Positions 8,043 through 15,752 of a DNA stretch of 26,800 bases are shown here, piece after piece. Position 1 is the stretch's first letter, and each line of letters starts with the position of its first letter. A program made the translations under genes and the position numbers. A model generated the notes under the pieces. The model was not told where the DNA came from. It saw only the letters and a program-made list of their open reading frames with translations, and did not search any database. The DNA is from Candidatus Sigynarchaeum calidifontis (GTDB lineage: Archaea; Asgardarchaeota; Lokiarchaeia; Sigyniarchaeales; Sigyniarchaeaceae), in contig JAUQYZ020000093.1 of the NCBI GenBank assembly GCA_030587475.2, positions 1 to 26,800 on the forward strand, given 5' to 3'.

Positions 8043-8834
8043 TCAAGCCTGGATCCGGTAGCCCGTCCCCAGGAAGACGAAGCCGACGATCATGACCGTC
8101 GGGCTGACGAGTCCCATCCATGGATTATCCTTCGGCAGCTGGGTCAAGACCAGGCCGATGAAGACGAGCATGAAGCCGAAGGCGATCAAGAAGCTCTTCT
8201 TGCGCACGCTGCCGCTCGTCTTGCCGCCGAGATACATGTAAAACCCGATGATGAGCACGAGTGCCAGGATGAAACCGATGCCACCGATGCCCAGCACGCC
8301 GTACATCACGTATTCCAGCACGTTCCACGCCTCGCTGCCATCCGCGATGCCGGGAAAGAACCACGGGACGACGAAAATGTAAACCGACATGGCGATGGCC
8401 CCGATCAAGTTGATGCTGGTTGCCGGGAACCGCTTGGAATTCGTCACGTACTTCTCCACCGGCCAGCAAACAGCGACGAATCCCCACAAGAAGAGCATGA
8501 ACAAGTACGGGTTGATCGCTCCCTTTCCGACAAAGGGCAAGATGAAATTCAAGACATAGCTGCCATCGAAGTTGGGCGGGTTCGGGACCGTGTTCAACGC
8601 GCCGATCCACTTGTCAATCGTCCAGATAGCCTGCGTGACGAGGTTGAACGCGACGAACCCCCCGAGCCCCATGTAGAAGTGTTTCTGCGAGGCGACCTCG
8701 CGCATTTTCACCGATTGGGCGAAGAAATAGACCATCATGACGAGCATGATGAGCGCGATGAGTGTTTGATAGACGAGATTGAGTTGCGTGTTGATATCGA
8801 GCGTTTCCCATTGAAAAATCAATATTTTCACCAC
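8043..8834 (-). CDS. Multi-pass (about 7 TM) hypothetical membrane protein
   Basis: 263 aa with about 7 hydrophobic segments and short basic loops such as GSVRKKS. Confidence 0.8.
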   Translation of the reverse strand: MVKILIFQWETLDINTQLNLVYQTLIALIMLVMMVYFFAQSVKMREVASQKHFYMGLGGFVAFNLVTQAIWTIDKWIGALNTVPNPPNFDGSYVLNFILPFVGKGAINPYLFMLFLWGFVAVCWPVEKYVTNSKRFPATSINLIGAIAMSVYIFVVPWFFPGIADGSEAWNVLEYVMYGVLGIGGIGFILALVLIIGFYMYLGGKTSGSVRKKSFLIAFGFMLVFIGLVLTQLPKDNPWMGLVSPTVMIVGFVFLGTGYRIQA

Positions 8835-8974
8835 GAAGCTCTATCGATCAGATCATTCCTTCACGAATCTGATATTAAAACATGTCCGAAAAGGTCTCGG
8901 TGCGCGATATTTCGTGCAACTGAAAAGAGAGAAGGAAAGAACAGCACGACAATCAAGGGACTGCTTGCGCAGCA

Positions 8975-10048
8975 TCATGTTCTCGCGAAATGGGGAATCA
9001 CTTTCTGCGAGAGCAGCTGCAAAGAGCCCCAATAGTCGTCGCCGAAGATCTGGAACATGAAATGCTCGCAGCCAGCCTGGATCCACTTCTCGATCTGGCC
9101 AATGACCTCGTCGCTCGACCCGGCGAGGACCGGTTCCATGACCTTCTCGGGGGGAATGTTCGCTTTCATGGCGAATTCCATGGCCGCGCCCTGGTGGCGC
9201 TTGTGTTCGGAAACCCCCGGCTTGCTGAAATGCTTGATGAAATTCACCTTGTCGGGGACCTCTATACCGCAAGCTTTCATGACTTCCGGCCGCAAGCATT
9301 GAACCATGCCGATGTACTTCATGCGCTCTTTTGCAGCCGCGGGATCCTTGTCCGAGATGTTGATGAATGCGTTGTAGGCGAGCTCGACCGGCCGGCCTTC
9401 CGAGCGGACGATCGCTGCCTGTTCCTTGTAGAGACTTGGCGTTGCACCGACGGGGATCCACCCGTCCGCGTACTTCGCAGCCAGTTTCAAGGTGCGGGGG
9501 CTTCCAGCGGCCACCCAGATCTTGGGCGGTGGCGTGGAAGGCTCGTCAGCCTTTTTCTTGAACTGCAAGAATTGCTTGTTGAACTTGTAGTACTTCCCGT
9601 CGAATGATACCTTGTTCCTGGGATCCGACTCGAACATGAGCTTCATGACCTGGATCGCTTCCTCCATGTGCGACACCGGCTTGTCCGCGTTGATACCCCA
9701 TCCCGCCAAGTTTGGTCCCTCGCCCGCGCCGATACCAAGAACGAACCGGTTGTTGCTCATCTTTTGCATGTGCATGGCGTGTTGTGCCATCTGGACGGGG
9801 TGCGTGCGGAACACGTCGGATACCATGATGCCGACCCCGATTTTTTTTGTCACCATGACGATTTCAGCTGCCATGAGCCACGCGCTGTAGATTTCCGTAT
9901 AGTCCGGATACCAGTTCACGTGATCCATGACCGTGAGCATCGAATAATTGCCGAGATCCTCTATTATCTTCGCTGCCTTGAGCATCTCCTCCCGGCCATA
10001 TACCAAATTACAAAAGGCAGTTGCATTTTGGATGCTGAATTTGACCAT
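8975..10048 (-). CDS. LLM-class (luciferase-like) flavin/F420-dependent oxidoreductase
   Basis: MDH, HPVQMAQ, SNNRFVLGIGAGE, FDGKYY and PPKIWVAAGSPRTLKLAAKYADGW. Start is ATG 10048 (or GTG 10057). Confidence 0.92.
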   Translation of the reverse strand: MVKFSIQNATAFCNLVYGREEMLKAAKIIEDLGNYSMLTVMDHVNWYPDYTEIYSAWLMAAEIVMVTKKIGVGIMVSDVFRTHPVQMAQHAMHMQKMSNNRFVLGIGAGEGPNLAGWGINADKPVSHMEEAIQVMKLMFESDPRNKVSFDGKYYKFNKQFLQFKKKADEPSTPPPKIWVAAGSPRTLKLAAKYADGWIPVGATPSLYKEQAAIVRSEGRPVELAYNAFINISDKDPAAAKERMKYIGMVQCLRPEVMKACGIEVPDKVNFIKHFSKPGVSEHKRHQGAAMEFAMKANIPPEKVMEPVLAGSSDEVIGQIEKWIQAGCEHFMFQIFGDDYWGSLQLLSQKVIPHFART

Positions 10049-10089
10049 GCTTCTCACCCAGTGAAAATGCGATTTTGACTCTCTCTAGG

Positions 10090-10110
10090 TCGATAAAAGG
10101 ATTTTATCGA
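10090..10110. promoter_or_regulatory. Perfect inverted repeat, candidate operator
   Basis: TCGATAAAA-GGA-TTTTATCGA, about 40 nt upstream of the LLM gene start. Confidence 0.45.
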
Positions 10111-10307
10111 TCCAGTTCTATTTGCCTATCATCTTTTCGAGATTGGACGTGGAACAAACGGGGGGAAAAAATCGGCAACGCGTGATAACCCCGCGTAATG
10201 AAAGCTTTCACGAGGGCTCATGTTCCGATGTCTTATTTCGGTGCAGCAAATATTTTTTAACAATGTCCCGATCAATATCAAGCAAGTCATTGAGGACGTG
10301 TTCGCAA

Positions 10308-10799
10308 ATGGAGCGAGGAATGAGCATTGCAATCGTCGCCTTGATTCTTGGATTCGGATCAATGGCCATCGGGCTATACCATCTAATGCAGCCACAGGTT
10401 CAACAGCGAGGCGTCACGCAAACGTGGTTCGGAAGGAATGCATACAATTCCACCACGTCAAGTGTGCACCAAGACATCGGGAACTTGTCGATCTCGATTT
10501 CGGTTCACAGCGGAGAAGCAATATACGCCTTGTACTGCGCGACTATCAAGGTATCCGGGGGTTCACCTGGAAGTGCTGGCGTGCATGTTCGCTTTTGGTT
10601 GCGCAATGCGACATGGATCCAATTCTATGGCGGTTCAATTTGTTATAGCACATCGTGGGAATCCTTCTCAACACAGTATCTCATCAAGGGCGTGCAGCCG
10701 GGGGAATACAGCCTCGTGATGAGGTGGTACTTGTATAATGGAGCTACCTCGGCCGAAGCGCGAGATTCAACCGTGTTGGTACAAACGCTCGTGGCGTGA
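10308..10799 (+). CDS. Small membrane-anchored or secreted beta-rich protein
   Basis: MERGMSIAIVALILGFGSMAIGLY forms an N-terminal anchor, followed by a Ser/Thr/Gly-rich beta-strand pattern ending GEYSLVMRWY...TVLVQTL. The ORF extension to 10122 looks non-coding. Confidence 0.7.
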   Translation: MERGMSIAIVALILGFGSMAIGLYHLMQPQVQQRGVTQTWFGRNAYNSTTSSVHQDIGNLSISISVHSGEAIYALYCATIKVSGGSPGSAGVHVRFWLRNATWIQFYGGSICYSTSWESFSTQYLIKGVQPGEYSLVMRWYLYNGATSAEARDSTVLVQTLVA

Positions 10800-10827
10800 C
10801 ATTCCCCCGGGGTTATCCTCTCTTCCA

Positions 10828-10840
10828 TTTTTTTTTAAAA
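10828..10840. terminator. T-tract/A-tract between convergent genes
   Basis: T9 followed by AAAA between the stops at 10799 (+) and 10857 (-). Confidence 0.4.
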
Positions 10841-10856
10841 ATAGAATTTCGGGAGA

Positions 10857-11654
10857 TCACGACAATTTCCACAGGTACTCGTGTTCCAATGCCAGCCCCT
10901 TGAGTAACACGGCACCTCTTGGTTGATCCACCAGGATCTTCGCGAACCTCAAGGTTTCGGGATGCTTCTGTGCCAGGCTCTTGGCAAATTTCATCGTTTC
11001 ATCGGGCAAATCCGCATCCTTGAATATGTCATGGACGAGCCCGATCTCTTTTGCCTTTTGTGCCGGGATTTTTTCCCCCGTGAAGATCATCTGCTTCGCA
11101 CCCGGCGTCCCGAGCACGCTCACCGCACTTTGCGTGCCGCCCCATGCAGGAAAGAGCCGCATGTCGATCTCTGGCAATTGGAAAACGGCCTTTTCCCCGG
11201 CGAACCGGAAGTCGCAAGCGCATGCTATCTCGCAACCACCGCCGATCGCATAGCCGTTGACCTGTGCGATAACCGGCTTCCACTTTTCCGAGATTTCAAA
11301 CTTCGGGTTCTCGTCGTGGGCAAGTGCATCCCAGAACTCCTTCGGGTCATCATTGTGTTCGTTGCCCGTCATTATCTCCAGGATCATGAGCCTTCCGAAA
11401 TCGGTGAGCCAGCGCATTTTATCGGGTGGCGTGCCGTACATGGACTTCAAGTCTTGGCCCGTGGAGAACGAGTCGCCCGCGCCCGTCAATATGATCACCC
11501 GGATCGCCTTGTCTTGACGCAATTCACGCAGCACGTCCCGGAACTCCTTCCTCGCAGGCTCGTCGAACGCATTCTTCACCTCGGGCCGGTTGATCGTTAC
11601 CACCCCGACACGTCCCTTTTTTTCGACCAAAATGCTTGTGCCCACGTTTTTCAC
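10857..11654 (-). CDS. Enoyl-CoA hydratase/isomerase (crotonase) family protein
   Basis: VTINRPEVKNA, FSTGQDL, KPVIAQVNGYAIGGGCEIACACD and FQLPEI...PAWGGTQ. Both catalytic Glu positions are present. Confidence 0.95.
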   Translation of the reverse strand: MKNVGTSILVEKKGRVGVVTINRPEVKNAFDEPARKEFRDVLRELRQDKAIRVIILTGAGDSFSTGQDLKSMYGTPPDKMRWLTDFGRLMILEIMTGNEHNDDPKEFWDALAHDENPKFEISEKWKPVIAQVNGYAIGGGCEIACACDFRFAGEKAVFQLPEIDMRLFPAWGGTQSAVSVLGTPGAKQMIFTGEKIPAQKAKEIGLVHDIFKDADLPDETMKFAKSLAQKHPETLRFAKILVDQPRGAVLLKGLALEHEYLWKLS

Positions 11655-11694
11655 CTTCGTGCTTGTAATGAAAAGAATAATGGAGCCCGGTGGT

Positions 11695-12222
11695 TTATTT
11701 CTCGCTGGCCTTGGATGGATCCTTGATCAACTTGGCTGCATCTTCGATGGCATCGAAATACTCGATATCGCTCAAGTTTCCCTGGAGCTCGCCATCGCGC
11801 CATTTTACCTTGACGGGCATGCCGACGTACACGTCATCGAACTTGATCTTCGGGTTCATTTCCACGATATAGATCGTGTCGGCACCGTCTAGCCGCACGG
11901 CCACGATAGGAACGGGCACCAGCTCGCCCGTTTTTTCGTCCTTGTCGTAGGTGGCAGTGAACGTCGCGACGACGCCGGTTTCACGCAAGCCCACCCACTT
12001 GTCCGGCATGGTCATGCACCTGGGACAGATGAGCTTGGGGGGAAAGAACGTCGTGTTGCAGCCTGTACACCTTAACCCGACAAGTTTCCTCTGCTTGAGC
12101 ATCTCGAAACACGTTTTCACGGGCGTTATGTTGAACTTGTACTTGCAAGACGACAAGTACCACTTGCCTTCAACGGTCCTCGTCCGCGGGTATTCCTTCT
12201 TCACATAATCGAGCTTTCCCAT
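11695..12222 (-). CDS. DUF35 family Zn-ribbon/OB-fold acyl-CoA-binding protein
   Basis: LVGLRCTGCNTTFFPPKLICPRC, GVVATFT, VRLDGAD and VGMPVKVKW. Starts 3 nt after the thiolase-like stop. Confidence 0.92.
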   Translation of the reverse strand: MGKLDYVKKEYPRTRTVEGKWYLSSCKYKFNITPVKTCFEMLKQRKLVGLRCTGCNTTFFPPKLICPRCMTMPDKWVGLRETGVVATFTATYDKDEKTGELVPVPIVAVRLDGADTIYIVEMNPKIKFDDVYVGMPVKVKWRDGELQGNLSDIEYFDAIEDAAKLIKDPSKASEK

Positions 12223-12225
12223 TTT

Positions 12226-13482
12226 TTAATCACCTCCCTTCCACTTGCGCTTCTGCTTGTCGCTCAGAACCATTAGCGTAACGAGATTGATAACTCCACC
12301 CCATGAATGTGCGAGAGCGTTGTGCACGGTTCTTGGCACTTGGTTCCCCGCCTTGCCCATGATTTGCAGCGCTGCCTCGGCGATCCGTTCGAGCCCCGAT
12401 GCCCCGATGGAATTGGTCGAGTTCACGCCGCCAGAGCAGTTCACGGGTAGCTCGCCGTTCGGTGCCGTCGTCCCATCGCGATACCGGAAATGCGCGGTGT
12501 TTTCCTTGAACAAGCCGAGTCGCTCGAGCCAGAAGAGTTCCTGGTTCGGGAATGGCGAGTATACCTCCACGTAATCGATTTCCTTCTCGGGGAACGAGAT
12601 CCCGGCCTGCGAATAGGCCAGCTTCGCTGACTCGACCGCACCTACTTGCTCGCAGGGGTCTATCTGCTCCGTTCCCGATCCGGCATATCCAACCATGGCA
12701 TTCACGTTGCTCACGCTCGCGACACCATTAACGAACACGGGAATGTCCGTGAACTGCTTGCTCTTTTCTTCCGTGGTGAAGAGCACCGCACATGCCCCGT
12801 CTGTCGCCGGGGTCAACATGCCGTATCGCAGCGGGTAGGACACGTACGGCGTATCTAGAACATCCTGGATCGTGAGATTTGGCATTTTCAAGTGCGTGTA
12901 CCAGTTTTTCGCCGCGTTGTGCCGGTTCTGCACGACGACACGGGCGAGGTCCTCCTCGGTACATCCGCTCCGTTTCATGTAATTGATGGCCTGGTACGAG
13001 GCGAGGCCGATTGCACCGCCAGCACCGAAGATGCGTTGCATCTTGTCCATGGAAAGACCGAACTTCGTGAACAACGAGACCTCCGCGTAGGCAACGGATG
13101 CAAGGCCGACGCTCGTGTCGCCGCATGATTGCTGCTCGAATCCCACGACCAACACGTTGTCGATACCAGGTAAACCCGCGGCAACATTGTAATAGCCTGC
13201 GATCCCGATGGAACCACCCGTGGTGCCGCCCGTGGTCACGCGCATGAGTGGCTTGTCCCGCGCCCCCATCCAGTCGGTCATCCAGAGTTCCGGGAAACCG
13301 ATGCCCTCGAAGCCCGGCATGTTGCCCGTGACGAAGGCGTCGATGTCCTTCAGCTCGCAATTGGCATTTTTCAAGCAGTTATCAATGGCCTCGCGGACCA
13401 TCTCTGCCATGTTCACGTCGGAACGCTTCGACGCGTGCGCGCAAAAGCCCGCCCCTGCAATCGCGACTTGTCTGCCCGCCAT
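12226..13482 (-). CDS. SCP2-thiolase-fold protein, Ltp3-like (putative aldolase subunit)
   Basis: Thiolase-fold motifs DGACAVL, EVYSPF and PVNCSGG. FEGIGFPELWMTDWMGARDKPLMRVTTGGTTGGS closely follows my recollection of mycobacterial Ltp3. No nucleophilic Cys. TGATG overlap with the upstream gene. Confidence 0.88.
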   Translation of the reverse strand: MAGRQVAIAGAGFCAHASKRSDVNMAEMVREAIDNCLKNANCELKDIDAFVTGNMPGFEGIGFPELWMTDWMGARDKPLMRVTTGGTTGGSIGIAGYYNVAAGLPGIDNVLVVGFEQQSCGDTSVGLASVAYAEVSLFTKFGLSMDKMQRIFGAGGAIGLASYQAINYMKRSGCTEEDLARVVVQNRHNAAKNWYTHLKMPNLTIQDVLDTPYVSYPLRYGMLTPATDGACAVLFTTEEKSKQFTDIPVFVNGVASVSNVNAMVGYAGSGTEQIDPCEQVGAVESAKLAYSQAGISFPEKEIDYVEVYSPFPNQELFWLERLGLFKENTAHFRYRDGTTAPNGELPVNCSGGVNSTNSIGASGLERIAEAALQIMGKAGNQVPRTVHNALAHSWGGVINLVTLMVLSDKQKRKWKGGD

Positions 13483-14627
13483 CACTTTTCCCCTCCTTCC
13501 AAGACGTATAGAATGCTATTCTGCGCGCAGAAGCCCCATTGCCCGGTGGCGATCGCCCGCTTGACACCTGGCACCTGGTGGCCCTTCGCTTCTCCCTTGA
13601 TCTGCTTCACCGCCTCGATGATGCGCACCAGCCCCGCCGCGAACAGCACGTTCCCGCTCATGGCGCCGCCCGATGGATTGATCGGCATGTCGCCGTCAAT
13701 GCCCGAGGCAAGCTTCGATGCCTGCCCCGGCTGGGCAAGGCCGATGGCCTCGGCCTGGATCAGCTCCTCGTGGGCGAAATGCTCGTACAACTCTGCCACG
13801 CAGATCTCTTTTTTCGGATCTGTGATGCCAGCCATTTTAAAGGCCATCTTGGCGGCATTTTCCATCGATTTGCTCTTGCTCAAGTCCCGCTCGCCGAGAT
13901 AATATTGTTCTTGCGAGTACCCGACACCCGTGATCCACACCGGGTCGTCGGTGATCCGCAGCGCTTGTCGTTCTGGCGCGAGCAAGACGCACGCCATGCC
14001 ATCGCATGGCCTGGCGTACATTTTCTCGGTAACCGGCGAACTCAACATTTCCGATTCGAGCACGTCCTTCACCGTGATATTGTTCTCTTGCGATTCAGGC
14101 AGTGCCAGGTCGTTTTTCGCTGCGTTCTTCCGGTTCTTGACGGCGACGCTCGCGATGTCCTCGGGGCCCACCTTGTATTTGTTCATGTATGCCCGCATCT
14201 GGAACGCGCCGGCCGTCATGACGTTGAGCGCCTCGACTTGCCGCTCGAAGGTCGGGTCGGTCGACATCAGCGAAACCGACTCGTACGGGAAGCACGATGC
14301 CATGCTCCCGCCCCAGACCGCGACGAGCTTGTGGTTCCCCGAAAGTACCCGCATCATGCCGTATAGCATGGCATACGCGGCATCCATCTCGACCTTTGTC
14401 TCGTCCTTCAAGTAAGACCCGGATGGCTCGACGGTGAAACAATTGGAGATCGTCCTGCCATCGTAGAAATCGTTCGTGGCGCTAACGACCGATGTCAAGT
14501 CCTTCCGTTCCAGCTTGGCGCTGTCCAGGGCACCCCTGACCGCGTGGAAAACGGCGTCGTACCGGCCCATGTCCAGGTCCATCGACGGCTTGATCTGGTA
14601 ATACCCGACGATGCCTACCTTGTCCAC
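13482..14627 (-). CDS. SCP2-thiolase-fold protein, Ltp4-like
   Basis: True start is GTG 14627 (VDKVGIVG) after GGAGGGG. NDFYDGR...ETKVEMDAAYA parallels recalled Ltp4 (DYLAGR...ESHVEMDAAWA). Also DGMACVLL, AELYE and INPSGG. Confidence 0.88.
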   Translation of the reverse strand: MDKVGIVGYYQIKPSMDLDMGRYDAVFHAVRGALDSAKLERKDLTSVVSATNDFYDGRTISNCFTVEPSGSYLKDETKVEMDAAYAMLYGMMRVLSGNHKLVAVWGGSMASCFPYESVSLMSTDPTFERQVEALNVMTAGAFQMRAYMNKYKVGPEDIASVAVKNRKNAAKNDLALPESQENNITVKDVLESEMLSSPVTEKMYARPCDGMACVLLAPERQALRITDDPVWITGVGYSQEQYYLGERDLSKSKSMENAAKMAFKMAGITDPKKEICVAELYEHFAHEELIQAEAIGLAQPGQASKLASGIDGDMPINPSGGAMSGNVLFAAGLVRIIEAVKQIKGEAKGHQVPGVKRAIATGQWGFCAQNSILYVLEGGEK

Positions 14628-14629
14628 GT

Positions 14630-15100
14630 TTATGCCCCTCCGGCGACCTTGAACCCCTTGATGTCGTTCGGGGTTCCTTGCAATTTCTTGTTCCAGACGA
14701 TGTCGAGCTTCATCCCGATCTTCATGTCTTGCTCTTGCGCGTCGAGAATGGGAAATATCATGGCCGTGTTGCTGCCATCGATCTGTACCAGCCCGAATAT
14801 CGTCACCTTCTCGTTTTTCTTTTTTCTCCGCTCCGAGACCGTGTACCGCGTCGCGGTGAAGTTGAGCAGCGTTCCCTTGGCCGCGAGCTCGACCCACTGG
14901 CCTTCGAGCGGGATCGTCGCTGCACAATCGCCACACGCTTTCCGGGGCGGTACATAGACCTTCTTGCACGACGGGCACTTGATACCTACGATCTTCTGTT
15001 TTTCGAGGCCGTCATAAAACTTGTCCATGTATTTCCCGACCCAATATTCATAATCGGCTCTAACGATGCCTTCTGTGCGTTCTATCCATTTTTGTGCCAT
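14630..15100 (-). CDS. DUF35 family Zn-ribbon/OB-fold acyl-CoA-binding protein
   Basis: ATG 15100 (MAQKW). IVGIKCPSCKKVYVPPRKACGDC, GTLLNFT, VQIDGSNT and IGMKLDIVW. Confidence 0.92.
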   Translation of the reverse strand: MAQKWIERTEGIVRADYEYWVGKYMDKFYDGLEKQKIVGIKCPSCKKVYVPPRKACGDCAATIPLEGQWVELAAKGTLLNFTATRYTVSERRKKKNEKVTIFGLVQIDGSNTAMIFPILDAQEQDMKIGMKLDIVWNKKLQGTPNDIKGFKVAGGA

Positions 15101-15214
15101 GTTCGCCTCACTTGCCAATCGTTCGAGTGCGAGTATCGTTATGAATGTGGTTTCGATGGACCTAGTTCCCACTTTGACTTAAAATAGTTCCCCGCGGCAC
15201 TGAGAAGGGCAGCG

Positions 15215-15652
15215 CTATCCATCGGAATTTTTGCTACCGTGCATATCTAAAGAGATCTCCTCCCGGTTCGCGTGGATCAACGAGGCAAGATCGTACAGTT
15301 CACGTTTAAAGCTCAGAACGATGTTATTTTCGATAGGAAGCTCGACCAAGGCTCTATTATTAATGAAATCATCGACAGCCTTATCAATATCGACTATTCG
15401 CGTTTCTTTGAAATAATCAAGAAGAAGGTGGAGATAATATGCTTTTACATAGCTATTTTTAACTGGATCCTTGTGATACAAGTATTTTATCACGAAATAT
15501 CGCTGGTCGTCCTTGAATTGATTGGGGGCTGCATCCACGTTGAAAAACGTCGAGAACGAGCCGTAATCGATGATTTGATTGACAACGTGGGCAGTCGACT
15601 CGCTGATCCCTGCTTTCTTTGCCCATCTTGCATGTACCATCCAATTTGGCAT
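15215..15652 (-). CDS. Small putative Zn-dependent hydrolase (phospholipase C/P1 nuclease-like or YdjM-like motifs)
   Basis: ATG 15652. N-terminal MPNWMVH, a conserved-looking IID, and YYLHLLLD (HxxxD) fit this helical metal-binding pattern. Confidence 0.6.
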   Translation of the reverse strand: MPNWMVHARWAKKAGISESTAHVVNQIIDYGSFSTFFNVDAAPNQFKDDQRYFVIKYLYHKDPVKNSYVKAYYLHLLLDYFKETRIVDIDKAVDDFINNRALVELPIENNIVLSFKRELYDLASLIHANREEISLDMHGSKNSDG

Positions 15653-15752
15653 CCAGGAAAAACCACCGGTCGTTTTAACATGGTATTTAATGCATTTGGA
15701 ATTTTTATTCCCGCCGCGCACCGGTGCATTATCGATCAACCAAGGCGATCCT

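Noticed and set aside
12226-14627. Mevalonate-pathway acetoacetyl-CoA thiolase/DUF35/HMG-CoA synthase complex
   Set aside because: There is no HMG-CoA synthase nearby and both proteins lack the nucleophilic Cys required for Claisen condensation.
14628-14978. N-terminal extension of the 498-aa thiolase ORF (apparent overlap or fusion with DUF35)
   Set aside because: It is an off-frame read of the DUF35 gene. Thiolase similarity starts at GTG 14627, after a clear SD-like GGAGGGG.
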